DNA of 12,933 nt, taken from the NCBI GenBank assembly GCA_043804695.1, contig JAZDIV010000098.1:1-12933 (forward strand), read 5' to 3'. This document shows, in pieces, positions 1 to 7,490 of the stretch; the stretch's first letter is position 1, and every line of letters starts with the position of its first letter. The notes under the pieces were generated by a model. It saw only the letters and a program-made list of their open reading frames with translations. It was not told the origin of the DNA and did no database searches. A program made the position numbers and the translations under genes. The DNA comes from PVC group bacterium (GTDB lineage: Bacteria > Auribacterota > Erginobacteria > Erginobacterales > Erginobacteraceae).

Positions 1-1
1 C

Positions 2-2437
2 CCGACGTATAACCTGGTGGTGGACGGGATCGAATTGACGGGCGGCCATTCCCCGGCCTCGCTTTCAGCGCCGGGAACGGAGGAAGATAGCCTGGACACG
101 AACTCGCGCAAGGGAAAGACAAAATTGCCGATCGAGTCGGAGCATCGTCCGGACCAGTTGCTGGTGCGCTTCCGGGCGGATGTCCAGACCTCGGCCCGGG
201 AATCGATTCACGCGCAGGTGGGCGCCGTCCGGCTGCACAGCTATCGCCGGATACCGGTGGAGGTGGTGCAGCTGCCCAAGGGGAGCGATCTGGCCCGGTT
301 CATCGCCGCTTACGAGGACCGGCCGGAGGTCGCCTACGCGGAACCGAACTATGAATGGAAAGCGGACGCGACGCCGAACGATCCCCGCTTCGACGAGCTG
401 TGGGGGCTGGATAATACGGGGCAGACCGGTGGCACGGCGGGGGCGGACATCAGCGGACCCGAGGCGTGGGACATTACCACGGGCAGCCTCGATATTATTG
501 TGGCTGTGGTCGACACCGGCATTGACTATAACCACGGAGACCTGTCCGCCAACATGTGGGTAAATCCGAACCCGACCTTCGGCGACATCCACGGCGCGCG
601 CTGGACCAACGGTAACGGGACGGTGACCAGCGGTGACCCGATGGACGGGCACGGCCACGGGACGCACTGCTCCGGGACGATCGGGGCGGTCGGGAACAAC
701 GGGGTCGGAGTGGCCGGGGTGAACTGGAGCGTCCGGCTGATGGGGCTGAAGTTCCTGAGTGACAGCGGGAGCGGTTGGACCGCCGACGCGCTCTCGGCTC
801 TTGAGTACGCGATCGACCACGGGGCGCACCTGACCAGCAACTCCTGGGGGGGCGGCGGCTATTCACAGGCGTTGAAGGACATGATCGAGGCGGCGGGCGC
901 GGCCAATCAATTGTTCATCGCCGCCGCGGGCAATGATGGGTCGAACACCGATACGAACCCCCACTATCCCTCCAGTTATGACTGCGAGAACCTCATCGCG
1001 GTGGCGAGCGGCGACCACAACGATCAGCGTTCGGGGTTCAGCAACTACGGTCAGGTGAGCGTGGACCTGGCGGCGCCGGGATCGAGCATCCTGAGCACCT
1101 GGACGGGCGGGGGGTACAACACGATCAGCGGGACCTCGATGGCGACACCGCACGTGGCGGGGGCGGCGGCGCTGATTCTGTCGGCGAATCCCGGGGCGGC
1201 GCATCAGGACGTGAAAGGCTGGATCCTGGGCGGGGTGGACGTGCTCTCGTCGTGGGAGGGCCTGACGGTAACGGGTGGCCGGTTGAACGCGGAGGCTTCG
1301 CTGCGTTCTGCGAATCCGCACTTCCGTCTGGAGAACGTGCCGGCGCTGCCGGTGACGGTCGAGCCCGGGCAGTCGTTTTCCTTTGACGTGATTTACGAGC
1401 CGGCTTCGGAAGGCGACCATGAGAACGGAGTCCGGATCGAGAGCAACGACGCGGATAACCCGGAGGTCGAGGTCACGCTGAGCGGTTTCGCCCTGATTGA
1501 GAGGACGCCAACGCCGGTACCGACAGCAACACCTTCGCCGATACCGACGAGGACGCCAACGCCGGTACCGCCAGCAACACCTCCGCCGACACCGACGAGG
1601 ACGCCAACGCCGGTACCGCCAGTAACACCTCCGCCGACACCGACGAGGACGCCGACGCCGGTACCAACAGCAACACCTCCGCCGACACCGACGAGGATAC
1701 CGACCCCGGTACCGACGGCCACTCTTACGCCGGTCCCCACGGCCACGCCGCCGCCGACACTGACCAGAACACCGACACCGGTCCCGATGCCAACCGCCAC
1801 GCCCCGTCCGACCGCGTTCTACCAGGTGATGGCCGAGAGCGACTTCGACGGCGACGGGACGATCGAGATCGGGATCTTCCAGGATGGGCTCTGGGCGATC
1901 CGTCATCTGACCCGCGTCTACTTCGGACGCGCGGGCGACCGCCCGGTCAGCGGGGATTACGACGGCGACGGGACCGCCGAGGCCGCGATCTACCGTCCCT
2001 CGACCGGCCTCTGGGCGGTCCGCGGCCTGAACCGGGTCTACTTCGGGCGGGCCGGGGACGCCCCGGTCCCGGCTGATTATGCCGGCGACGGTTTGGTCGC
2101 CCCGGGGATCTTCCGGCCGGCCTCCGGGCTCTGGGCGATCCGTAATCTGACCCGGCTCTACTTCGGGCGGCAGGGGGACCGGGCCGTTGTGGTCGACTAC
2201 ACCGGCGACGGAACCGCCGAATACGGCGTCTTCCGCCAGGACAGCGGGCTCTGGGTCTTCCACGGCGTCAGCCGTTTCTATTTCGGGAGGAACCTGGACA
2301 TCCCGGTCGCGGGCGACTTCGCCGGCCAGGGGATGGCCAAGACCGGCATCTTACGCCCGTCCTCCGGCCTCTGGGCCATCCGTTCTGTGACCCGGGCTAT
2401 CTTTGGAGAGAGCGGAAATATACCTGTCACTCGCTGA
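2..2437 (+). CDS. Multidomain S8 family serine peptidase (subtilase) with prodomain, Ig-like (ASH/choice-of-anchor D-like) segment, Pro/Thr linker and C-terminal FG-GAP-like repeats; probably 5'-truncated by the window edge
   Basis: Catalytic triad motifs VAVVDTG (Asp codon 512-514), HGHGTHCSG (His 656-658), GTSMATPHVAG (Ser 1136-1138) and oxyanion AAAGN. Prodomain ends in VAYAEPNY...PNDPRF. The frame is open from position 2 (PTYNLVVDG) and there is no signal peptide after the GTG at 17, so the true start is likely upstream. Confidence 0.93.
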   Translation, partial: PTYNLVVDGIELTGGHSPASLSAPGTEEDSLDTNSRKGKTKLPIESEHRPDQLLVRFRADVQTSARESIHAQVGAVRLHSYRRIPVEVVQLPKGSDLARFIAAYEDRPEVAYAEPNYEWKADATPNDPRFDELWGLDNTGQTGGTAGADISGPEAWDITTGSLDIIVAVVDTGIDYNHGDLSANMWVNPNPTFGDIHGARWTNGNGTVTSGDPMDGHGHGTHCSGTIGAVGNNGVGVAGVNWSVRLMGLKFLSDSGSGWTADALSALEYAIDHGAHLTSNSWGGGGYSQALKDMIEAAGAANQLFIAAAGNDGSNTDTNPHYPSSYDCENLIAVASGDHNDQRSGFSNYGQVSVDLAAPGSSILSTWTGGGYNTISGTSMATPHVAGAAALILSANPGAAHQDVKGWILGGVDVLSSWEGLTVTGGRLNAEASLRSANPHFRLENVPALPVTVEPGQSFSFDVIYEPASEGDHENGVRIESNDADNPEVEVTLSGFALIERTPTPVPTATPSPIPTRTPTPVPPATPPPTPTRTPTPVPPVTPPPTPTRTPTPVPTATPPPTPTRIPTPVPTATLTPVPTATPPPTLTRTPTPVPMPTATPRPTAFYQVMAESDFDGDGTIEIGIFQDGLWAIRHLTRVYFGRAGDRPVSGDYDGDGTAEAAIYRPSTGLWAVRGLNRVYFGRAGDAPVPADYAGDGLVAPGIFRPASGLWAIRNLTRLYFGRQGDRAVVVDYTGDGTAEYGVFRQDSGLWVFHGVSRFYFGRNLDIPVAGDFAGQGMAKTGILRPSSGLWAIRSVTRAIFGESGNIPVTR
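1501..1810 (+). repeat. 48-bp coding tandem repeat (Pro/Thr linker, unit ~RTPTPVPPATPPPTPT)
   Basis: GAGGACGCC recurs at 1501, 1549, 1597 and 1645 (GAGGATACC at 1693): four near-identical units, then degenerate units to ~1810. Confidence 0.92.
1838..2434 (+). repeat. Five ~38-40-aa FG-GAP/VCBS-like protein repeats (D[FY]xGDG...[IV][FY]RPxSGLWA[IV]R...R[VL]YFG..GD.PV)
   Basis: Repeats read directly in the translation: SDFDGDG, GDYDGDG, ADYAGDG, VDYTGDG, GDFAGQG, each followed by GLW and [YI]FG. Confidence 0.85.
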
Positions 2438-2538
2438 CAATACGGGAGATCAGCAGACAGGGTTTGATCTGTTCTTCCAAATAAAGCCGGGTCTTCGAAG
2501 AAGGGCCGCGCTGCGAAAAAGGCCAGGAGGGTTCCGGT

Positions 2539-3177
2539 TCAGGCCGCGGAGGGGCAGCGGTTATTCAGGACACACTCCCCGCAGCGGGGCTTGCGGGCCA
2601 GGCAAACCGCCCGGCCGTGGGAGATCAGGAGATAATTCACCACCCCCCAGTGTTTCCGGGGGAGGAGCGCCATCAGGTCCCGCTCGATCCGGTCGGGGTC
2701 GGTTTTACCGGTGAGGCCGAGCCTGAAGGACAGCCGTTTGACGTGCGTGTCCACGGCGATCCCGGCTACTATCCCGAAGCCGTTGCCGAGGACGATGTTG
2801 GCCGTTTTCCTCGCCACCCCCGGAAGCGTCAGCATCTCCTCCATCGTCCGGGGAACGCGGCCTCCGTATGTCTCCTCGATCATCCGGGCCGCGGCGATGA
2901 TATTCTTTGCCTTGTTCCGGAAGAAACCGGAGGAACGGATCTCCCGCTCGAACTCCTCCCGATCGGCGGCGGCGTAATCAGCTGTGGTCCGATACTTCCG
3001 GAAAAGCGCCGGGGTAATCTTGTTTATCTGCTTGTCGGTTGACTGAGCGGAGAGGATGGTGGCCACCAGCAGCTCCAGCGGCTTTTTCCAATCAAGGGCG
3101 GTGCCCTCACCCGGGTACTCTTTCCTGAGGAGACGAATAACCTCCAGCGCCCATTTTTTTCTGACGCTCTTTTCCAT
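2539..3177 (-). CDS. nth: Endonuclease III (DNA glycosylase/AP lyase)
   Basis: LLVATILSAQSTD, HhH motif LPGVARKTAN, VDTHVKR and C-terminal [4Fe-4S] motif C-x6-C-x2-C-x5-C (CLARKPRCGECVLNNRC). Confidence 0.97.
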   Translation of the reverse strand: MEKSVRKKWALEVIRLLRKEYPGEGTALDWKKPLELLVATILSAQSTDKQINKITPALFRKYRTTADYAAADREEFEREIRSSGFFRNKAKNIIAAARMIEETYGGRVPRTMEEMLTLPGVARKTANIVLGNGFGIVAGIAVDTHVKRLSFRLGLTGKTDPDRIERDLMALLPRKHWGVVNYLLISHGRAVCLARKPRCGECVLNNRCPSAA

Positions 3178-3211
3178 TGCCGAACGATTCTGCCAAGGTG
3201 AAGCCAGATCT

Positions 3212-3291
3212 ATCAGTAATCAGTTATCGGTAATCAGTAATCGAGCTTCGCCGGGCCGCACCATACTGATTACTGATTACCGATTACTGGT
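3212..3291. repeat. Inverted heptamer tandem array (ATC[AG]GT[AT])n ... (TAC[CT]G[AG]T)n forming a long hairpin
   Basis: Left arm ATCAGTA ATCAGTT ATCGGTA ATCAGTA ATCG (3212-3243); right arm TACTGAT TACTGAT TACCGAT TACTGGT (3264-3291). Confidence 0.9.
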
Positions 3292-3300
3292 TCCGTATCC

Positions 3301-3564
3301 CTATTCCCCCCGGGAGATCACCGAATCTTCGAGGAAGATCAGGATCACGCGCGACTTATTTACTTCCAGGCGGCTGAGCGAATAGAGTTCCCGGGAATCG
3401 CCGGCGGTGAAGATCCGGGCGTTCTTGATTTCCAAAAATTCGTCCCGGTCCATTTCCAGAAGCGAGTCCAGCGTGGCCCCCGCGTAGTGCACCACCATTC
3501 CGTAGACGATGTAATCCCCCAGGAAAATAACCACTTGCATCATCTTCTTATCCATCGTATCCAT
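3301..3564 (-). CDS. Small conserved hypothetical protein (DUF6812-like)
   Basis: 87 aa with GGAG/GGGG upstream. The pattern 'G.V......LDSLL....EFLEIKNARI......LEVNKSRVILI' resembles DUF6812 proteins (from memory). Confidence 0.75.
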   Translation of the reverse strand: MDTMDKKMMQVVIFLGDYIVYGMVVHYAGATLDSLLEMDRDEFLEIKNARIFTAGDSRELYSLSRLEVNKSRVILIFLEDSVISRGE

Positions 3565-3615
3565 CGTGGTCCCCGTCTCCGATTTTGGTTATCACAAAGG
3601 AGGCATCTCTGTTAG

Positions 3616-3621
3616 TATAAT
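3616..3621 (+). promoter_or_regulatory. Candidate sigma70 -10 element for mgtE
   Basis: Perfect TATAAT 44 nt upstream of the mgtE ATG in a divergent intergenic gap; no convincing -35. Confidence 0.4.
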
Positions 3622-3665
3622 ATCATCTCCTCCGGAAAGAAGGTATTGGATTAAAAGTACTCCCG

Positions 3666-5033
3666 ATGGAAACGGTGGCGAAAGAACTGACACCCGGCAG
3701 GCGGAAGCTGCTCCTCGATCTGATGGAGCAGGGGGAGACCCGGCTTCTCACCCAGGCCCTCTCCGCCCTCCATCCCGAGGACGTGGCGGAGTGGCTCTCC
3801 GATTGTTCCCCCAAAGCCCGGCTGGAGATCATCCGGCACCTTCCCCTGAAGATCGCCGGTGAGATCCTGGACACCCTTCCTCCCTCCGTCCGGATCGATC
3901 TGGTCCGGAATCTCTCCCCCGCTTTTCTGGGGGGCATTCTGGAAGAGATGCACCCCGAGAAAGCGGCCGAGGTAATCTCCGAGCTGAAGCCGATGAAGGC
4001 TCCGGAGGTCCTGAAAGAACTTTCCCAGCAGGAATTTTCGGAGATCAGGCAGGTGCTCACCTACCCGGAAGACAGCGCCGGTCGGATCATGGATACCGAC
4101 CTGATTTCGATCGACCGAGAGATGACGGTGGAGGAGTCGGTCAGCCTGATCAAAAGCAGCACCATCGAGGAGATCCTCTACTCGGTCTATGTCGTGAATA
4201 AGGAGGGTAAACTGCAGGGGATCGTTCCCCTGCGGGACCTCCTCACCTCCCCCCCGGGCGCTCCCCTCTCCGGGATTATGAAAGAGACCGTCGCCGTCGT
4301 CACCACCCGGACGGACCAGGAGGAAGTCGCCCGGCTGGTTAAAAAGTACGATCTCTCCGTCATCCCGGTTGTTGACGGGGACGGCGTCCTGGTGGGAAGG
4401 ATCACCGCCGACGACGTGATCGATATTATCGATGAGGAGACCAGTGAGGATATCTACCGGATGGCCGGGACGGATGAAGAAGAGATCGGGGTTACCTCCC
4501 CCTTCCGGATCGCCCGGATCCGGTTCCCCTGGCTCCTGATCTGCATCGCGGGCAGTTTTCTTTCGGCGCTGGTTATCAGCTTCTTCGAACCGACGCTGGA
4601 AAGACTTATCGCTCTGGTGGCCTTTATCCCGATGATTACGGCCACCGGCGGCAATGTCGGGCTCCAGTCCTCCAGTATCGTCATCCGCGGGCTGGCGCTG
4701 GGGATACTCAAGTCATCCAATCTCTGGAGAGAAGTGGTCAAACAGGTTAAGGTCGCTCTCTGGCTTGGTCTGACCTGTGGGGCCATCCTGGCCGTTGTCG
4801 GATTCTTCTGGGGTGAGGAGCACCCGTTTCTCCTCGGGACGCTGGTGGGCCTTTCCATGTTTCTGGCCGTCACCTTCTCGACCCTCTCCGGGGTCCTCAT
4901 CCCCCTGACATTTCACCAGCTAAAAATCGACCCCGCTATCGCTTCCGGTCCCTTGATCACGACACTGAACGATGTTCTGGGGATCGCGCTCTATCTGATC
5001 AGCGCCACTCTGATGATGAAAATATTCCTTTAG
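3666..5033 (+). CDS. mgtE: Magnesium transporter MgtE
   Basis: N domain (LHPEDVAE), YPEDSAGRIM, CBS pair (DQEEVA...KYDL...PVVD...GRITADD), TM domain RFPWL, GGNVGLQS, DPAIASGPLITTLNDVLG with the Mg-binding Asp. Confidence 0.97.
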   Translation: METVAKELTPGRRKLLLDLMEQGETRLLTQALSALHPEDVAEWLSDCSPKARLEIIRHLPLKIAGEILDTLPPSVRIDLVRNLSPAFLGGILEEMHPEKAAEVISELKPMKAPEVLKELSQQEFSEIRQVLTYPEDSAGRIMDTDLISIDREMTVEESVSLIKSSTIEEILYSVYVVNKEGKLQGIVPLRDLLTSPPGAPLSGIMKETVAVVTTRTDQEEVARLVKKYDLSVIPVVDGDGVLVGRITADDVIDIIDEETSEDIYRMAGTDEEEIGVTSPFRIARIRFPWLLICIAGSFLSALVISFFEPTLERLIALVAFIPMITATGGNVGLQSSSIVIRGLALGILKSSNLWREVVKQVKVALWLGLTCGAILAVVGFFWGEEHPFLLGTLVGLSMFLAVTFSTLSGVLIPLTFHQLKIDPAIASGPLITTLNDVLGIALYLISATLMMKIFL

Positions 5034-5050
5034 AGGTGATGAAATAAAAC

Positions 5051-5075
5051 CACGAAGAACACGAAGGACACGAAG
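5051..5075 (+). repeat. 9-bp-period tandem repeat CACGAAG-NN x3
   Basis: CACGAAG at 5051, 5060 and 5069 in the gap between mgtE and the next gene. Confidence 0.8.
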
Positions 5076-5127
5076 TTAAGAGGAGAGTTAATTATTCTGG
5101 CTCTCGTCCATCTGGAAGTGTTGATTT

Positions 5128-5583
5128 ATGCTCGACAAGAGAATCATTCGAAGTGATGTCTTAGTCTCCACCATCTGCTGCCGGGAAAAAGACCGGTCAG
5201 AAGGTCTCCTTCCCGCGTTCCGGCGTTACCGGTCCGCCCGGATCAGGTCCGCCGCCGGCCTGGCCCGCCGGGCGAAACTTCCCTTCGCCATCCTCTCGGG
5301 CGCGTTCGGCCTGATCGACGCCGCGACGCCGATCCCGTATTACGACAAGCTGATGGAAGAGGGCGATCTGGAAGAGATCGCCGCGAAAAATGCCGCCTAT
5401 TTGAAGGGCAAAGGGATCGGGGATATCGTCTTCCTGGTCCCCGATCCCGCCGCCGATCCCCACGTCGCGCCCTACCTGAAGAGCTTGGAAATGGCGGCGG
5501 CCGCTGCCGGGTGCGGATTGAAAACGATCTTTGTTCCCCCTTACCCGAAATGTAGTGACATTTCGGGTAAAATTAAAATTTAG
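5128..5583 (+). CDS. DUF6884/YaaA-like hypothetical protein
   Basis: Motif chain CCREK...LPAFRRY...AILSGAFGLI...PIPYYDKLM matches the CxxxK...PAxxxY...ILSAxxGL...IxxYD pattern of DUF6884-like proteins (from memory). Confidence 0.75.
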   Translation: MLDKRIIRSDVLVSTICCREKDRSEGLLPAFRRYRSARIRSAAGLARRAKLPFAILSGAFGLIDAATPIPYYDKLMEEGDLEEIAAKNAAYLKGKGIGDIVFLVPDPAADPHVAPYLKSLEMAAAAAGCGLKTIFVPPYPKCSDISGKIKI

Positions 5584-5590
5584 CCGCAGG

Positions 5591-6484
5591 CTAAATTTTA
5601 AACCCCAGATCCCGGAGGCTGCTTTTCCTGCTCCGCCACTTCTCCCGTACCCTGGCCTGCAGTTCCAGGTAAACCGGCACCCCGAGCAGGCCTTCAATCC
5701 TTCGCCGCGCCGCCGTCCCGATCCGCTTGATCATCGCGCCCCGCTTCCCCAGAATGATGGCTCTCTGAAGGGGCCGTTCAACCGAAACGGCCGCGCGGAT
5801 ATAGAGTTTTTTTCTCTCCGGCTGTTCCCGCATCTCCTCGATCGTCACCGCGGTGGAATAAGGGACCTCCTGGTGGGTGAAGAGAAAGACCTGCTCCCGG
5901 ATGAACTCCTTCACGATCTCCCTCTCCGGCTGGTCGGAGAGCTGGTCGGGGGGGAAAAGAAGCGGTCCCGCGGGCAGGTACTTCCAGGTCAGTTCGAGCA
6001 GGCGGTCAAGATTTTCCCCTTTCAGGGCGGATAAGGGGATGATCTCCTTGAAGGGATACCGGTTTTGCAGCCGGTCGATCAGGGGAAGCAGCCGGGGCCG
6101 GGGGATGAGATCGATCTTATTGATCAGCAGAAAGGAGGCGATCCGGGAGGGGAGCTGATCGGCGAAGAACTTCTCCGAAATATCCGGATCTTCCCGGCAA
6201 TCAATCATCCAGAAATTCAGGTCGGCATCGAAGATGGCCGACCGGGCCGCGGCGACCATGTGGCTCCCCAGGGCGTCCCGGGCATGGTGTATCCCCGGGG
6301 TGTCGATGAAGATAATTTGCCCGCGCGGGTCGGTCAGGATGCCGCGAACCACCTGCCAGGTGGTCTGGGGCTTGGGGGAGACGATAGCCAGGTCCTCCCC
6401 GATCAGGCGGTTGAGGAGGGTCGATTTCCCGACATTGGGCTCTCCCGCCACGCCGACAAACCCGCATATGGTTTCAAGGGACAT
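5591..6484 (-). CDS. era: GTPase Era
   Basis: G1 GEPNVGKSTLLN, G2 AIVSPKPQTT, G3 DTPG, G4 NKID, G5 SA, then EFIREQV...EVPYS and KH-domain ILGKRGAMIKRIG. Confidence 0.97.
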   Translation of the reverse strand: MSLETICGFVGVAGEPNVGKSTLLNRLIGEDLAIVSPKPQTTWQVVRGILTDPRGQIIFIDTPGIHHARDALGSHMVAAARSAIFDADLNFWMIDCREDPDISEKFFADQLPSRIASFLLINKIDLIPRPRLLPLIDRLQNRYPFKEIIPLSALKGENLDRLLELTWKYLPAGPLLFPPDQLSDQPEREIVKEFIREQVFLFTHQEVPYSTAVTIEEMREQPERKKLYIRAAVSVERPLQRAIILGKRGAMIKRIGTAARRRIEGLLGVPVYLELQARVREKWRSRKSSLRDLGFKI

Positions 6485-6525
6485 GACAGCCGGCGTTCCA
6501 CCAGAGTTTTTACTGTACTGGCTTA

Positions 6526-6549
6526 ACCCGATTTATTCATAAATCGGGT
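6526..6549. repeat. Palindrome ACCCGATTTAT-TC-ATAAATCGGGT (CCCGAT...ATCGGG family; possible terminator or processing hairpin)
   Basis: Perfect 11-bp inverted repeat followed by CAATTTTT on +; 19 nt of it are repeated exactly at 7644-7662. Confidence 0.8.
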
Positions 6550-6555
6550 CAATTT

Positions 6556-7116
6556 TTAATTTTCATGAATAATCCGGGTTAAGAAGACGCTGAGCGATAT
6601 GAGCAGCTCATTGACCAGGATATTTCCCAGGCTCCGGGGATTCCGCCATTTAAGCTCCTCCTGCAGCAGCAGCTGCCCGATGGTCTGGATCCGTTTTTTC
6701 TGGAGGATTTTTTGCAGGGTGGGGGAGAGTGTGAGTTTTTTTACGGGCGTCTTTCTGACTTTCGAGCGGCCGAGGGCTTTGTCGATCCCGTGGTCGAGGA
6801 AGTTCAGGGCCAGGATGTACTTGAATTTTTTCCCGTTCCAGTATCGGCGCAGCTCGGTGTAGAGCTCTTTCCGGATCTGGTTATCCAGGCACTGCCGGGA
6901 AATGACCTTCCCCTTTTCGGCCTCGATCAACTGATTAAGATCGCCGATCTTGTGAGCCCGGAGCCAGGTCCTGGCCCGGACGCTCACTTCCAGCACGGAA
7001 ACCGGAAGGAGGCCCAGGCTGGCCGGGCGGGGCGGATGGGAAAGAAAATCCTTCCGATCGGGTGAGTTGAACAGGAACTCCTGCTGGGTAGCCCTGTCTT
7101 GAGTCGTGCCGTCCAT
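6556..7116 (-). CDS. Protein with two RNA polymerase alpha-subunit C-terminal-domain-like repeats (186 aa from the ATG at 7116)
   Basis: LLPVSVLEVSVRARTWLRAHKIGDLNQL and KTPVKKLTLSPTLQKILQKKRIQTIGQLL...RSLGNILVNEL resemble alpha-CTD ([25 protein letters not shown]...RNLGRKSLEEI). The ORF-track extension to 7176 runs through repeat DNA, so ATG 7116 is preferred. Confidence 0.75.
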   Translation of the reverse strand: MDGTTQDRATQQEFLFNSPDRKDFLSHPPRPASLGLLPVSVLEVSVRARTWLRAHKIGDLNQLIEAEKGKVISRQCLDNQIRKELYTELRRYWNGKKFKYILALNFLDHGIDKALGRSKVRKTPVKKLTLSPTLQKILQKKRIQTIGQLLLQEELKWRNPRSLGNILVNELLISLSVFLTRIIHEN

Positions 7117-7490
7117 AATATAAATTAGCTCGCTGCGCTCGCAACTTTTGCCACTAAGATACCAAGAAAAAACCAAATAAGGTGAGTATTTTGCTCTTTT
7201 CTCTCTTTTCTTGGTGCCTTGGCCCGCCCGCCACGCCTTGTTTGCAACCCGCCCGCCACGCCCCGATATTTGAAATATCGGGCTGGCGTTGCGGGCAGGT
7301 GGCGCTCTGGTGCTTTGGTGGCTAATAATTATTGTCCCGATTTCTTATTCAAATTTCATATTTAATCGGGATCCCGATGAAGATCGGGAAAATTCCGAAG
7401 CAGCACGTTAGCGCCTTCGGCACTACTTATAAGTATAAAGCGTTAAGTGTGAAGTGTAAAGGTATCCGCCTTCTTTACACTTCTCACGCG
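7117..7490. repeat. Cluster of nested REP-like palindromes
   Basis: GCTCGCTGCGC (7128-7138); GCCACTAAGATACCAAGAAAA (7150-7170) vs TTTTCTTGGTGCCTTGG|...|TGGC; CCCGCCCGCCACGCC x2 (7223, 7248) vs GGCGTTGCGGGCAGG (7285-7299); CCCGAT/ATCGGG stems (7262-7282, 7336-7370, 7373-7388); TAGCGCCTTCGGCACTA (7409-7425); GAAGTGTAAAG/CTTTACACTTC (7451-7483). Confidence 0.85.

Noticed and set aside
1501..1810. Regular repeat resembling a CRISPR array
   Set aside because: Contiguous 48-bp in-frame coding units with no unique spacers and no cas genes.
65..2390. Long alternative-frame/antisense ORFs over the protease (65-829, 863-2263, 1393-1800 etc.)
   Set aside because: Shadows of a GC-rich gene; the VGVG- and RRRC-rich products are just other frames of the Pro/Thr repeat.
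2438..2538. Possible terminator between the protease and nth
   Set aside because: Only weak stems (AGATCA/TGATCT) and no convincing stem plus U-tract.
2403..6542. Overlapping ORFs antisense to or out of frame with nth, mgtE, the DUF6884-like gene and era (e.g. 2617-3042, 3056-3385, 5197-5697, 5531-6034, 6065-6526)
   Set aside because: They overlap well-supported genes and have no recognisable motifs; 3056-3385 merely translates the heptamer array (ISNQLSVISN / LITDYRLL).
7117..7176. N-terminal extension of the alpha-CTD-like ORF to the TTG at 7176
   Set aside because: It runs through palindromic repeat DNA with no RBS; ATG 7116 is more plausible.
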